A stretch of DNA of 64,000 nucleotides, from assembly GCA_050248855.1 (NCBI GenBank), contig JBFWRP010000004.1, forward strand, positions 32,001 to 96,000, in the 5' to 3' direction. Both the position numbers and the translations under genes were made by a program. Below the pieces are notes generated by a model that made no database searches, was not told the origin of the DNA, and saw only the letters and a list, made by a program, of their open reading frames with translations. Shown here one piece after another: positions 9,648 to 20,557 of this stretch. Source of the DNA: Planctomycetota bacterium (GTDB lineage Bacteria > Planctomycetota > PLA2 > JAEUHO01). Positions within the stretch are counted from its first letter, which is position 1; each line of letters starts with the position of its first letter.

Positions 9648-12185
9648 ATGAGCGCGACGCCCGCCGGTCTCCTGCTGCCGCCCGGGTTCCTGATCAACCC
9701 GACGTTGCTCTGGACGGGCCTCGGGCTGGCCTCCATCCCGCTGATCATCCACCTGCTCAACCGGCGGCGCGTGCGGCGCCGCGACTGGGCAGCGATGACG
9801 TGGCTGCTCGCCGCGATGAAGCGCCATCAGCGCCGCCTGCGGCTCGAGCACTGGCTCATGCTGCTGCTCCGCATGGCCGCCGTGGCGTTGCTCGGTCTTG
9901 CCTGGGCGCGCCCCGTGCTCACGGACTCGGCCCTGGCCGGCCTCGTGGGCGCCCGACGCAGCGTCGTGCTCGTCGTGGACACGTCGTACAGCACGCTCGC
10001 CAAGGTGGACGCGCGTTCCGTGGCAGAGCGCATCCAGCAGGAAGCGGGACGGCTTCTCGACGGGCTCGGCCCCGAGGACGCCCTGGCGGTCGTGGTCACC
10101 AACGACCCCGATGAAGCCGACGACGCCGGCGTCGCGCCGTTCGTGCTGCGCCCGCGCTCCGTCGGGGGCGAGGCGGTCGCACGCGCACGCCAAGCGCTCG
10201 CCGCGCTGCATCCGCGTCCGGCCCCGGCGCCCTGGCCCGCCACGTTCGAGCGTGTTCGCGAGCAGCTGGCTCCCGAGGATCCCGAGCGCGAGATCTGGGT
10301 GTTGACCGACTTCCAGGCCTTGGACTGGGCTCCCGGTGCCTCCGCGGGCAGCAGGTCCGATGAGGGCTCCGCGCGCGGCCGCGCCCCGTTGCTGGCGGCC
10401 CTGGAGGACGTGCTGCGCGACCAGGCCCGGGTGCGCATCGTGGACGTCGGAGGCAGCGACCGACGCAACCTCACCGTGGAGTCGGTGGCCGTGAGCGGGG
10501 GCGAAGACGCCTTCGCGGGCCGCCCGCTGCGGCTGGAGGTCGTCGTCGCCAACCACGGTGCCACCGCCGTCACGGGCGCGACCGTGGAGATCGCGCCCGA
10601 CGGCGAGGCCTCACGTCGCGCCGTCCGCGTGCCGGAGATCCCCGCCGCCAGCGTGGCCGCCGACCGTCCGGTGCCGGGTCGACAGACCGTCTACGTGGAT
10701 CTGCCGGCCCTGCTGCTGCAGCAGGCTGGCTGGCGCAGCCTGAAGGCCACCATCCTGCCGCCCGCGGACGACCCCGGCGTGGACGCCTTGGGCTTGGACA
10801 GCGAGCGCGCCGCGATCGTGCACGTGCGACCGCAGATCCGCGTGCTGGCGTGGACGGAGACCAGCCGCACGGAGATCAGCGAGTCCGCCGAGGACTACTT
10901 GCGCGGCGTCTTCGAAGGCGAGATGCCGAGCGGCACGACGTCGCCGGGGCTCGAGCCGGACCTGCCGTGGTTCTTCACCTACCGCGGCGTGCGCGCCGAG
11001 AGCGAGCTGCTGCGCGCGCTGCGCGACCGCGGCAACGACCCGCTCGACCTGGTGGTCTTGGCGAACGCGGCCCCGCGCGACCCGCGCACGTTGAAGGAGC
11101 TGCGCGACTTCGTCAGCGCAGGGGGCGGGTTGCTCGTGTTCCTGGGCGACCAGGTGTCGGACCCGGCCGCCTGGAACGAGCCGTTCTTCGGTACCGACCC
11201 GTCCGAGCGTCTGCTCCCCTTCCCCGTCGGCACGATCGAAGAGCGAGACCGCACGCAGGACGGTGCGATGGCCTTCGACCTCGACCTGGAGCCGCGCGAG
11301 GGTGCCCATCCCGTCGCCCGGGCCTTCGTCGATCCCTCCGCCGAGGGCTGGCTCGCGGCGGTGCCGCCGCGCATCTGGGGTCGCATGGTGTTCCGTCAGG
11401 AGCCGTCCCCCGACGGTGGCCCGACGACGCCGCGGGAGCCCTCCGATGCCGCGGCGGGCCGTCCGGGCGCGGACCCGGTCGTGCTGCGCTACGCAGACGG
11501 TGCGGCGGCCGTCGTGGCCGGCGGGCTGGGTGAGGGACGCACCCTCTGGGTAGGCACGAGCCTGGACAACGGCTGGCTCGGCGAGGCGGTGTTCTTCCGG
11601 CCGATCCTGCTCGAGGAAGCGGGACGCTGGCTCACGGCGTCCCGCGCTCCGTCGCGTGTGCTCGAGGTGGGCGGCCGGCTGCGAGCGCGTGTTCCGCGCC
11701 TGGCCACGCAGGTCCGTCTCACGATCCCGGGCGGGCGCCAGGTCACGCCCACGCTCCGCGACATCGAGGGCAACGAGCTGCAGGCCGACGTCGTGCACGA
11801 TGCGCTCGGCGCGACGGGCGTCTGGACGCTGACGTACGAGACACGCGGGCCCGACGGCGAGATCGTGAACGCCCAGGAACCGTTCGCGGTCGTGCCCGCC
11901 GCGCGCGAGGGTGCGCTCGGCGGCCTGCGACACGACGTGCTGCCCCAGGCGCTGCCGGAGGGCCTCGACATCGAGGTGCTCGATGCGGTGTCGGCCAGCG
12001 AGGCGGCGGTCGACGACGTGCGCCGCGGCGAGATCACGCGCGCCCTCCTGTGGGCCTTGCTGGCGCTGCTCGTGATCGAGAGCCTGCTGGCCGTGATGTT
12101 CGGACGTGCGCGGGCCGCCGCGCCGACCAGCGACCAGCCCACGGACGCAACGGCCGACGCGACGGCCTCCCCGGAGGTCGCGTGA
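9648..12185 (+). CDS. BatA N-terminal double-TM + vWA domain membrane protein
   Basis: BatA signature LASIPLIIHLLNRRR...W.AM.WL...LLLRMAAV.LL.LAWARP. MIDAS-like VVDTSYS and VLTD, a GATase-like segment (LVVLAN...FVSAGGGLLVFLG) and a C-terminal TM. ATGA overlap with the previous gene. Confidence 0.88.
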   Translation: MSATPAGLLLPPGFLINPTLLWTGLGLASIPLIIHLLNRRRVRRRDWAAMTWLLAAMKRHQRRLRLEHWLMLLLRMAAVALLGLAWARPVLTDSALAGLVGARRSVVLVVDTSYSTLAKVDARSVAERIQQEAGRLLDGLGPEDALAVVVTNDPDEADDAGVAPFVLRPRSVGGEAVARARQALAALHPRPAPAPWPATFERVREQLAPEDPEREIWVLTDFQALDWAPGASAGSRSDEGSARGRAPLLAALEDVLRDQARVRIVDVGGSDRRNLTVESVAVSGGEDAFAGRPLRLEVVVANHGATAVTGATVEIAPDGEASRRAVRVPEIPAASVAADRPVPGRQTVYVDLPALLLQQAGWRSLKATILPPADDPGVDALGLDSERAAIVHVRPQIRVLAWTETSRTEISESAEDYLRGVFEGEMPSGTTSPGLEPDLPWFFTYRGVRAESELLRALRDRGNDPLDLVVLANAAPRDPRTLKELRDFVSAGGGLLVFLGDQVSDPAAWNEPFFGTDPSERLLPFPVGTIEERDRTQDGAMAFDLDLEPREGAHPVARAFVDPSAEGWLAAVPPRIWGRMVFRQEPSPDGGPTTPREPSDAAAGRPGADPVVLRYADGAAAVVAGGLGEGRTLWVGTSLDNGWLGEAVFFRPILLEEAGRWLTASRAPSRVLEVGGRLRARVPRLATQVRLTIPGGRQVTPTLRDIEGNELQADVVHDALGATGVWTLTYETRGPDGEIVNAQEPFAVVPAAREGALGGLRHDVLPQALPEGLDIEVLDAVSASEAAVDDVRRGEITRALLWALLALLVIESLLAVMFGRARAAAPTSDQPTDATADATASPEVA

Positions 12186-14839
12186 TGTCGATGCCCATCG
12201 CACCCGTCGTGCTGGCGGCCGCAACGCGGACGACGGAAGGCCCGCTGCGCTTCGAGTCCTTGCCGCCGGCGTGGTTGCTCGTCGTGCTGGTCGTGCTGAT
12301 CGGCGCAGGCTCGAGGGCCCTCTACGCGCGGGAGCGGGGTCGTCCGCCGCCCGGGGGGCGTCTGCTGCTGGGGCTCTTGCGCACGGCGAGCCTCGTGGCG
12401 CTCCTGCTCGTGCTCGCCGCGCCCTACCGCGAGAGCACGACGACGGCCGAGGAGAAGGCCCATCTGGTCGTGTTGCTCGACAGCAGCGCGAGCATGCAGG
12501 TCCGCGACGGCTATCCGGCCGCGATGGCCGAGCGCTTGACGCCGTACGCACGCGGCGCCGCGGATCCCGCCCAGCCCACGCGTGCCGAGCTCGTCCAGGG
12601 CCTGCTCACGGCGGAAGACGGCGCGCTCCTCGCCGCCTGGGCCGACCGCTTCGTCGTGGACGTGTATGCCTTCGATGCGGACTGGCGCTCGCTGGGCACC
12701 ACCCGGACCGGCGAGGACCAGATCCCTGCCATCGTCGAGGGCGTGCGCGCGTTGGCGGCGGACGGGGGGCGCACGCGTCTGGGCGCCGTGCTCCGCCGCG
12801 TTGCCCACGAGTTCGCGCGTCGCCAGGACCAGGACCTGGCCGGCGTCGTGCTGTTCAGCGACGGGCGCGACACCAGCGAGGACGACCCGCCGCAGCAGGC
12901 GCTGGCGAGCTTGGACGGCCTCGAGGGCGACCTGCAGGTCGTCCCCGTCGGGCTGGGCAACCCCGCGACGGGTCGCAACGCGTGGCTCGAGCGTGTGCGG
13001 GCGGGCGACGTCGTCCTCGTGCGCGACGAGGTGCTGTTCGAGACGGCCGTGCGCCACACGGGGTTCGAGGGGCGACCGGCCGATGTCGACGTCGAGATCC
13101 TGCAGATCGCCGATGGCGAGGGCCAGCCGGTCGAGCCCCGCCCCTACGAGCTGCGCCGGGGCTGGGATGCGTCGCTCTCGACGCACGTCGACCGGCTCCC
13201 GCCGGAGGACGAGGCGGGCGCCCCCGTGCGCCTGCGCCTGCCCTTCGATGACGCGGGCACGTTCCAGGTCAAGCTGCGCGTCCGCCTCTCCGATCCCGCC
13301 GACCGCGCGGACGACAACGTGCCCGACGACGACGTGCGCACGCACGAGATCCGCGTGGTCGACCAGCGCATCCGCGTGCTCTACATCGACAACGAGCCGC
13401 GCCACGACTGGCGCTTCCTGTCGAGCTACTTGACGCGCGAGCCGGACGCCCGCTTGGCCCGCGGACGCGAGGAGGCCCGCAGCCGCTTCCAGGTGCACGT
13501 GCTGCTCCAGACGGCCGACCCGAGCTACCCCCAGCCGGCCAGCGTGGGCGAGGTGCCGCTCAAGGCCGTGCCGCGCACGCGCGCCGAGCTCTTCGGCTAC
13601 GACGTGGTCATCCTCGGCGACATCGACGTGGACGCGATGCGGCGCGAAAGCCCCGAGCTGCTCGAGCAGCTCGCCGCGTTCGTCGCGGAGGGCGGCGGCC
13701 TCGTGCTGCAGGCGGGCGTGGACTACCAGAACCCGCTGCAGCTGCTGGAGACGCCGCTGGCCCCCCTGCTGCCCGTCAACGCGAGTCCCCAGGACCGCCG
13801 TGCCTCCCAGACCGTCCACGAGGAGTTCCGCATCCAGCTCACGCCCGCGGGCATCGCCTATCCCGCCTTCGGTGTGGTGCCCGGACGCGACGGGGGCGTT
13901 CCGACGCCCGAGGAGGTTGCCACCATCTGGGCCGGCGACGACCGCTTGTCGTCGGACTGGACGTGGTGGTGGATGTATCGCGCGACAGGAGGCCTGCGCC
14001 CCGGAGCCACGGCCCTGGCACGGGTCCAGGCCGAGGGGCGTGCGGACCTGAAGGACCGCCGCGGCCAGCCGCTCGTCGTGTTCGCGACGATGCCGTTCGG
14101 GCGTGGCCGCGTGTTCTGGAGCTCGCTCGACAACACGGCGCGCCTGCGCCGGGGGCTGCGGGACGCGGTGTTCGGTCCGTTCTGGGAGCAGATCCTGCGG
14201 GACCTGGCGACCTACCGGCTCCTGGGCGGCAACAAGCGCTACAAGATCTTCACGGACGAAGACGAGTACTTCGTCGGCCAGACGGCGACGATCACGATCC
14301 GCGCGTTGGACCCGCGCTTCGAGCCGTTGACGGATCCGTGGCTCGACGGCGTCCGCGTGGAAGTCCTTGGCGAGAACGAGGAGAGCGCCGAGGTGATGCT
14401 CGAGGGCGACCAGCGCCCGGTCAGCCTGCGGGACGAAGGGGCCCCGGGCATGTACCGGCTCTCCCTGCCCCTGACCAAGCCGGGCACGGTCCGCATCACC
14501 ATCGACCGCGAAGAGGTCTCGGGCGGCCGGCGGACGACCGAACGCGCCGAGAAGCGCTTCCCCGTCAACTTCCGGGCGAAGGAGGACGTGCTGCGCGTAC
14601 CCGACCACCGCGCGCTCCTCGACATCGCCGTCACCACCAACCCGGGCCGTGCCGCGAGTGCGCGGGTCCTGGCGATCGACGAGGTGGCCGAGGCGATCGC
14701 CGCCATGCCGGCGCGCCCGCGCGAACGGGTCCTGGAGCGGCGCGAAGTCCCGCAGTGGGATCGCCTGTCCATCCTCCTCCTCGTGGTCGGGCTCTTGGCC
14801 GCCGAATGGGCCCTCCGCAAGCGCTGGCACTTGGTGTGA
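12185..14839 (+). CDS. Membrane-anchored vWA + glutamine-amidotransferase-like domain protein
   Basis: Two N-terminal TMs, MIDAS LLDSSASM and VVLFSDG, IRVLYIDNEPR, YDVVILGD, FVAEGGGL, FGRGRV and C-terminal TM ending EWALRKRW. TGATG overlap. Confidence 0.85.
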   Translation: MSMPIAPVVLAAATRTTEGPLRFESLPPAWLLVVLVVLIGAGSRALYARERGRPPPGGRLLLGLLRTASLVALLLVLAAPYRESTTTAEEKAHLVVLLDSSASMQVRDGYPAAMAERLTPYARGAADPAQPTRAELVQGLLTAEDGALLAAWADRFVVDVYAFDADWRSLGTTRTGEDQIPAIVEGVRALAADGGRTRLGAVLRRVAHEFARRQDQDLAGVVLFSDGRDTSEDDPPQQALASLDGLEGDLQVVPVGLGNPATGRNAWLERVRAGDVVLVRDEVLFETAVRHTGFEGRPADVDVEILQIADGEGQPVEPRPYELRRGWDASLSTHVDRLPPEDEAGAPVRLRLPFDDAGTFQVKLRVRLSDPADRADDNVPDDDVRTHEIRVVDQRIRVLYIDNEPRHDWRFLSSYLTREPDARLARGREEARSRFQVHVLLQTADPSYPQPASVGEVPLKAVPRTRAELFGYDVVILGDIDVDAMRRESPELLEQLAAFVAEGGGLVLQAGVDYQNPLQLLETPLAPLLPVNASPQDRRASQTVHEEFRIQLTPAGIAYPAFGVVPGRDGGVPTPEEVATIWAGDDRLSSDWTWWWMYRATGGLRPGATALARVQAEGRADLKDRRGQPLVVFATMPFGRGRVFWSSLDNTARLRRGLRDAVFGPFWEQILRDLATYRLLGGNKRYKIFTDEDEYFVGQTATITIRALDPRFEPLTDPWLDGVRVEVLGENEESAEVMLEGDQRPVSLRDEGAPGMYRLSLPLTKPGTVRITIDREEVSGGRRTTERAEKRFPVNFRAKEDVLRVPDHRALLDIAVTTNPGRAASARVLAIDEVAEAIAAMPARPRERVLERREVPQWDRLSILLLVVGLLAAEWALRKRWHLV

Positions 14840-17800
14840 CCGTGTCCGTGCGCCGCCTGCGCCGGGCTCTCGCGTTGGCGTGCACGATGCTGGCTGCCGG
14901 GCTCGCCACGTCGTCGTACGCCGCTCCGAGCGACGAGGACCCGTTCGAAGCGGCGAAGATGTTCCAGGTTCCCGACACGGTCGCCGCGCGCAACGCCCTG
15001 CAGGAGGCCGACGCCGCCTTCGCGCGCGGCGAGACCCTGGCGGCCCTGAAGGCCCTGCAACGCGTGCTCGACGGGATGACCGACGACTATGCGCGCGTCC
15101 CCGAGGCCGCGCGGCCCGAAGCCCTGTTGTGGCGCAGCGCCGCGGAGGTGGCCGCCGAGCGCCTGGCGCGTCTCACGCCGGAGCAAGCGGCGGCCTACGA
15201 CCACCTCGTCCAGCCGGCGGCCGAGCCCGCGATGGACGCGGCGCTGCGCGCAGGCGACCTGCAGGCCCTGGAGGACATCGCACGGCGCTACGGCGCGTCG
15301 CGCTACGGCGCACGGGCCACGCGCGTGCTGGCGGAGATGGCGCTCGAAGCCGGTCGTGGCCGCGAAGCGGCGCGTCTGGCGGCCGAGGGCCTGCGCTTCG
15401 CGCGCGACGACGTGGGGCTGTGGCGCGTGCGGCTGCAAGGCCTCTCGATCGCCGACGACCGGGCCGCCCTCGAACGCCTGGACCTGCCGGAGAGCCTGGG
15501 CGCCGATCGCGAGACGCTGCTCGGCCTGCGCCGCGCCGCCCTCGCGCGCCTGCAAGGACTGCGCTCCTTTTCGCTCCCGCATGGCTGGGGCGGCGACATG
15601 AGCCGACGCGGGGGCGGGCCCGCGCTCCCCGCGGCGGTGCCCCCGGTGCGCTGGACGGCACCCCTGCCGCGTGCCGACCGCAGCTTGGACCCCACGGCCT
15701 TCTCGGGCGGGCGCCCCGAGCCCACGCCCGACCACTTCGAGGTGTTGTTGGAGACGGCACGGGCGGTCGTACCGGTCATCGACGGGCGGACCGCGTACGT
15801 GGCGGACGGTCGCTCGGTGCGCGCCCTGGACCTCTCCAGCGGGCGGCCGCTGTGGCGCTACGACCACTCGAAGGACGCGCGTCTCATGCGCATCGACCGG
15901 GAGCCCGACGGACGCACGGCGCTGGACCGGGCATTCGCGCCTGTCGTGGCCGGACCGCTGGTGGTCGCCACGGTCGAGGTCCCGCACGTCTTCTACACCG
16001 AGCACCTGAGCGGCATGCCGCTGTCGACGTACCTACCGCGCCGTCGCGTGGTGGCGATCGACCGCTCGTCCGGCGAGGTGGCCTGGATGGCCGGCGGCGA
16101 GGCCGAGGCCCCGCCGTGGCTGCGCGAGGCCTCCGTCGTGGCGCCCGTGGGCGTGGCCGAGGGCGTCGTCGTGGCCTTGGTGGACGAGTTCCTGCAAATG
16201 CACAACGTCTCCGTCGTCGGGTTCGATCTCGCGACGGGACGCGTGCTGTGGCGTTGCCGCCTCGGCTACGGCGCGCGAGAGACGAACCTGTTCGGCAACC
16301 CGCTCCGCGAGCTCGCCGGCAGCGCCGTGGCCATCGCCGACGGGCATGCCTACGTCTCGACGGGCCTGGGCCTCGTGGCCTCCGTCGACGTGCTGGCCGG
16401 GCGCGCGCGCTGGGTCGCCTCGTACACCCCGCTGCCCATCGAGCCCGTGATCACGTGGTACGAGGCGCCGCTCAGGCGTCCGCGCTTCGGGCCGTCGCGC
16501 GTGATCGTTGCCGACGACGTCATCGTCGTCGCGCCCGGCGATGCCGAGCACGTGGCTGCCTACGAGCGCAGCACGGGCCGGCTGCGTTGGCGCATGCCCG
16601 TGGCCGATCGCCTGCCCCGCTCGACCGTCGCCCACCTGATCGGCGTGACGGGGGAAGGCGCCGACGCGTGCGTCATCGTCACGGCCGGACACGTGTCCGC
16701 GCTCGACCTGGCAACGGGCGAGGTCCGCTGGGTCGGGTTCCCGGACCCACGTCCGAGCGACGTCGTCGGGGAAGGCGTGATCGCCGGCGAGGAAGTGCTG
16801 CTGCCCACCCGACAGGGCCTGCAGCGTTTCAGCATCCCGCGCGAGGGCAGCTTCCGCGGCTCGACGCAGTGGCCGGGGAGCGTGGAGCCCGGCAACCTCG
16901 TGGTGGGCGACGACGTGTTCCTCGTCGCGGGCCGCGAGAGCGTGAGCGGCTTCTACGACTGGAACCGCATCGCGGCGCAGATCGAGCGGCAGCGGAGGGA
17001 GCGCCCGGACGACCCGTGGCTGCTCGTCGAGGCCGGAGACCTGTACCTGCGCGGGGGCGAGCTGGGGCGCGCACGCGAGATGTTCCAGGCCGCCGAAGAC
17101 GTCGCAGCGCGGACGGGGGGTGCCGCGGTCGAAGCGGCACGACGCGGACGCGTGGCCACGTGGCTGCACCAGGGTCGCTTGCTCGAGGCCGGCGCGCGCG
17201 AGGCGGAGGCCCTGCAGGCGTACGAGGAAGCGGCGCGCTTGGCGCAGCAGGGCGCCGACCGCATCGAGGCGCGCATGCGGTCGCTGGCCCTGCTCCCGCG
17301 GGGCGAACGCAGGTGGCGCGAGCACCTCGAAGCGCTCGTGCGGGAAGACGGCGACCTGGAGGCCTGGCCCGACCCCGATCGCGCACCCGTGCTGCTCCGT
17401 CCCTGGGCGCGTCTGGAGCTGGCCGAGGCCGCCGCCGCACGCGGGGAGACCGAGCGCGCGATCGACCTCTGGCAGCTCGTCGTGCGCGAAGACCCCGAGG
17501 CCGACGTGCTCGGGCTCGTGGCGGGCCGTGCTGCGCAGGGCCGCATCGAGGAGACGCTGGCGGCAAGCGGGCGCGCCCCCTACGCGAAGCACGAAGAGGC
17601 CGCGCGGCGCCTTCTCGCGGACGCCACGACGGAGCGCGACGTCGATCGCGTGCTCGCTTGGTTCCCGAACAGCCTGGCGCGCGAGGACGCCCTGCGTCGG
17701 CGAGCAGCGCTACGGCGCAAGGCAGGCCGCCTCGCCGAGGCCAGCGAGGACCTGCGCACCCTCGGCTCGACGGCGCGGGAGCCCACGGCCCGCGCCGCGG

Positions 17801-19218
17801 CCCTGGCCGAGCTCGTCCAGCTGGAGGCCCAGCGCGGGGCGCTTGGCGCGGCCCGCGCCGCACGGGCCACGCTCCGTCGGCTGTACGCCGACGTGGGCTT
17901 CGATGTCGACGGGCGGCGTGTCACGGGCGCCAGCTGGGCCTTCGAGGTCCCACGCCCCGCCGTGCCCCTCGTCCCCGAGCCCGCCCTGGCCTCCCCCTTG
18001 CGCGAAGTGCACCACGAGCGGGCCGCCGACGAGAGCTGGCTGCAGGCGGTGGACACGGTCGTCGACGAGGCGTGGCCGCGCGGCTCGCTCGCCTTGGTGC
18101 ACCGCGGCGACGCCCTGGTGGCCCTGGACCTGGCGCAGGGGACGAGGGCCTTCACGGTGGAGGCCAGCGGCGTCACCCGCGCGGCCCTCACGCCCGGACG
18201 GGTGATCGTGCTCGCCGACCGCGGCGAGACGCTGCTGGCGCTGGATGCGGCGACCGGCGCGACGGCCTGGGAGCACGATCTCGGGCTGGCCACGCGCCAT
18301 GTCGCCGTCCACGGCGGCGTGCTGGTGACGGCGCACCGGGACCTCAATCGCGACGACGGGATGCTGCGCCTCCGGGCCTTCGACGCCATGACGGGCAGCC
18401 CGCTGTGGAGCACGTTGCTCGGACGCGCGGACCCGGGTCCCCTCGTGGCCGACGCGGACCACGTCTGGTTGCGGCGCACGCGGTACGCCACCACCGCGAC
18501 GTACCAGGACGCCGTGGTGCTGGACATCGCCGACGGGCGCGTCCTGCACGAGCTGCCCCTGCCCGCGTTTCCTCTGGGCGAGCCCTGGTCCGACGGCACC
18601 TACCTCGTGGCCGCAGGCAGCCAGGCGCGCACCGAACCGCCCCAGCTGCTGGCCTACGACCTGGACGCCGGCACGTCGGCGTGGCGTCTGGACCTGCCCG
18701 GCGAGGCCCCGACGGCGCTGGCGACGTCGCCGGAAGGACGCCTCGTCGTGCTCACGGGCGAGGGCCGGGTACGCGAGCTGGAACCGGCCAGCGGGCGCGT
18801 CGTCCACGAGACCGGCATCTTCGTGGGCGAGAACACGGCCGTCCGACCCTTCTACGGCACGTCGCTGCTGGTCCAGCAGGACCGCCTCGTCTTGCTGCCC
18901 GGGCTGCGCTCCCGCGGCGCGACGCTGCTCGCCTACGACCGCCACACCGGCAAGCTGCTGTGGGAGCACCCGCTGACGCCCGAGGGGTTCGTCGGGACCG
19001 CGGCCCTGGGTGCGACGGGCGAGCAGGTCTGGGCGTTCGTGCTGCGCGGAGCCCGCCAAGACGTCACGGCCGAGCTCGTGGTCGTCGATCCGGACGGGAC
19101 GGTTGCACAACGCGTCGAGCTCTCCGAGCTGGCCCAAGGAGGACGCCACCCGACCGTCCTCCAGGTCCACGGCGCCTTCCTCGTGGTCGGCCGCCGCGAC
19201 GCGAGCATCCTGCGGTAG
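14836..19218 (+). CDS. Large exported protein with two PQQ-like beta-propeller regions flanking TPR-like repeats
   Basis: Signal peptide. Many blade motifs ([56 protein letters not shown]) with a central helical repeat region. GTGA overlap. Confidence 0.8.
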   Translation: MTVSVRRLRRALALACTMLAAGLATSSYAAPSDEDPFEAAKMFQVPDTVAARNALQEADAAFARGETLAALKALQRVLDGMTDDYARVPEAARPEALLWRSAAEVAAERLARLTPEQAAAYDHLVQPAAEPAMDAALRAGDLQALEDIARRYGASRYGARATRVLAEMALEAGRGREAARLAAEGLRFARDDVGLWRVRLQGLSIADDRAALERLDLPESLGADRETLLGLRRAALARLQGLRSFSLPHGWGGDMSRRGGGPALPAAVPPVRWTAPLPRADRSLDPTAFSGGRPEPTPDHFEVLLETARAVVPVIDGRTAYVADGRSVRALDLSSGRPLWRYDHSKDARLMRIDREPDGRTALDRAFAPVVAGPLVVATVEVPHVFYTEHLSGMPLSTYLPRRRVVAIDRSSGEVAWMAGGEAEAPPWLREASVVAPVGVAEGVVVALVDEFLQMHNVSVVGFDLATGRVLWRCRLGYGARETNLFGNPLRELAGSAVAIADGHAYVSTGLGLVASVDVLAGRARWVASYTPLPIEPVITWYEAPLRRPRFGPSRVIVADDVIVVAPGDAEHVAAYERSTGRLRWRMPVADRLPRSTVAHLIGVTGEGADACVIVTAGHVSALDLATGEVRWVGFPDPRPSDVVGEGVIAGEEVLLPTRQGLQRFSIPREGSFRGSTQWPGSVEPGNLVVGDDVFLVAGRESVSGFYDWNRIAAQIERQRRERPDDPWLLVEAGDLYLRGGELGRAREMFQAAEDVAARTGGAAVEAARRGRVATWLHQGRLLEAGAREAEALQAYEEAARLAQQGADRIEARMRSLALLPRGERRWREHLEALVREDGDLEAWPDPDRAPVLLRPWARLELAEAAAARGETERAIDLWQLVVREDPEADVLGLVAGRAAQGRIEETLAASGRAPYAKHEEAARRLLADATTERDVDRVLAWFPNSLAREDALRRRAALRRKAGRLAEASEDLRTLGSTAREPTARAAALAELVQLEAQRGALGAARAARATLRRLYADVGFDVDGRRVTGASWAFEVPRPAVPLVPEPALASPLREVHHERAADESWLQAVDTVVDEAWPRGSLALVHRGDALVALDLAQGTRAFTVEASGVTRAALTPGRVIVLADRGETLLALDAATGATAWEHDLGLATRHVAVHGGVLVTAHRDLNRDDGMLRLRAFDAMTGSPLWSTLLGRADPGPLVADADHVWLRRTRYATTATYQDAVVLDIADGRVLHELPLPAFPLGEPWSDGTYLVAAGSQARTEPPQLLAYDLDAGTSAWRLDLPGEAPTALATSPEGRLVVLTGEGRVRELEPASGRVVHETGIFVGENTAVRPFYGTSLLVQQDRLVLLPGLRSRGATLLAYDRHTGKLLWEHPLTPEGFVGTAALGATGEQVWAFVLRGARQDVTAELVVVDPDGTVAQRVELSELAQGGRHPTVLQVHGAFLVVGRRDASILR

Positions 19219-19294
19219 GCGGCCCTTGGCGTCTTGGGCAGGGGACGCCACCACCGGCGGCCGGGCCCGCTGGAGGTGGTAGCCTGCCCCGGCC

Positions 19295-20557
19295 ATGTCG
19301 ACCTCGCCGCGCCGCTCCCTGACCGCTCGCCGTCGGACGGCAGGTCCGCGCGCCGTCGCCCTGCTCCTCGCGGCGCTCGTGGCGGCGGGCGCCCCCACGC
19401 CGCAGGCGGCGTGGGCCGATCGCGCGGTCGGCAGTGCTCCGGTTCCTGCCGGGATCGACCTGGTCGATGCCCGCACGCGCACGGCGATCGACCGCGGGAT
19501 GGAGTACCTGATCGCGCTCCAGCTGCCGGACGGCTCATGGCCCAGCGACTCGGGCAAGAAGGTCAACGACGGCTACGTGCTGTTCCCCCCCATCGACACG
19601 TCGCGCGCCGTCCCGCACGTCGGCGTGACGGCACTGGCCGTCCTGGCCCTGCTGTCCGGCGGCCATCTCCCCGGTCGTGGTCCCTTCGGGGCCAGCATGG
19701 AGCGCGGGATCGACTTCCTGCTCGAGAAGGTGCAGGACAACGGGTTCATCACGGCGAACGGCACGCGCATGTACAGCCACGCGCTCGCCGTGCTGGCCCT
19801 CGCCGAGACCTACGGCGCCACGCGCAACGACCGCATCCGCGGCAAGCTCGAGCGCGCGGCGGAGTTCACGGCGGGCTCGCAGAACCCCACGGGCGGCTGG
19901 CGCTACGTGCCGCTCTCCCCCGACTCCGACATGAGCGTCACCGTGTGCCAGGTCGTCGCCCTGCGCGCCGCGCAAAACGTCGGGATCCGCGTGCCGAGCC
20001 GGGTGATCCGCAGGGCGCTCCAGTACGTGATCGAGAGCGCCGTCGTGATCCGCGGTGAGCCGATCGGCTCGTTCTGGTACCAGCCCGACGACCCCGAGCG
20101 GTTCAACCGCGACAGCTTCGCCCTCTGCGCAGCGGCGCTCACGACCATCTTCCAGGCGGGCATCTACGACGACGAGGCGCTGCATGCCTATGCGGCGTCG
20201 CACGGCTTGGACCCGCTGCGGGTGCCCAGCCTGCGCCGCTCGATCAAGTACCTCAACGACCAGTACATCGACACGGCTCGCGACTGGCCCCGGCACTACT
20301 ACTTCTTCTACGGCAACTACTACGCGGCGCAGGCCCTCTACCAGATGGGCGGTCGGGAACCGCGCCTGTGGGCTGCGTGGTACGCGCGCGTCCGCGACGA
20401 CCTCTTGCGCCACCAGATCGTCAAGCGCCATCCGGAGACGGGACGCGACGTCGGATGGTGGGTCAGCAACGTCGACAGCACCAACGCCTACGCCACGGCC
20501 ACGGCGCTGCTGATCCTGCAGTTCCCGCTCGATCACCTGCCCATCCACCAGCGATGA
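19295..20557 (+). CDS. Exported prenyltransferase/squalene-oxidase-repeat (alpha/alpha toroid) protein, copy 1
   Basis: AIDRGMEYLIALQLPDGSW, VTALAVLALL, RMYSHALAVLALAE, SQNPTGGWRY, DSDMSVT, YYFFYGNYYAAQALYQ and C-terminal LPIHQR. Signal-like N-terminus. Confidence 0.85.
   Translation: MSTSPRRSLTARRRTAGPRAVALLLAALVAAGAPTPQAAWADRAVGSAPVPAGIDLVDARTRTAIDRGMEYLIALQLPDGSWPSDSGKKVNDGYVLFPPIDTSRAVPHVGVTALAVLALLSGGHLPGRGPFGASMERGIDFLLEKVQDNGFITANGTRMYSHALAVLALAETYGATRNDRIRGKLERAAEFTAGSQNPTGGWRYVPLSPDSDMSVTVCQVVALRAAQNVGIRVPSRVIRRALQYVIESAVVIRGEPIGSFWYQPDDPERFNRDSFALCAAALTTIFQAGIYDDEALHAYAASHGLDPLRVPSLRRSIKYLNDQYIDTARDWPRHYYFFYGNYYAAQALYQMGGREPRLWAAWYARVRDDLLRHQIVKRHPETGRDVGWWVSNVDSTNAYATATALLILQFPLDHLPIHQR

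Noticed and set aside
19295..20557. Squalene-hopene cyclase or terpene biosynthetic cluster
   Set aside because: Single-domain size, signal peptide, no DxDD motif and no isoprenoid pathway genes nearby.
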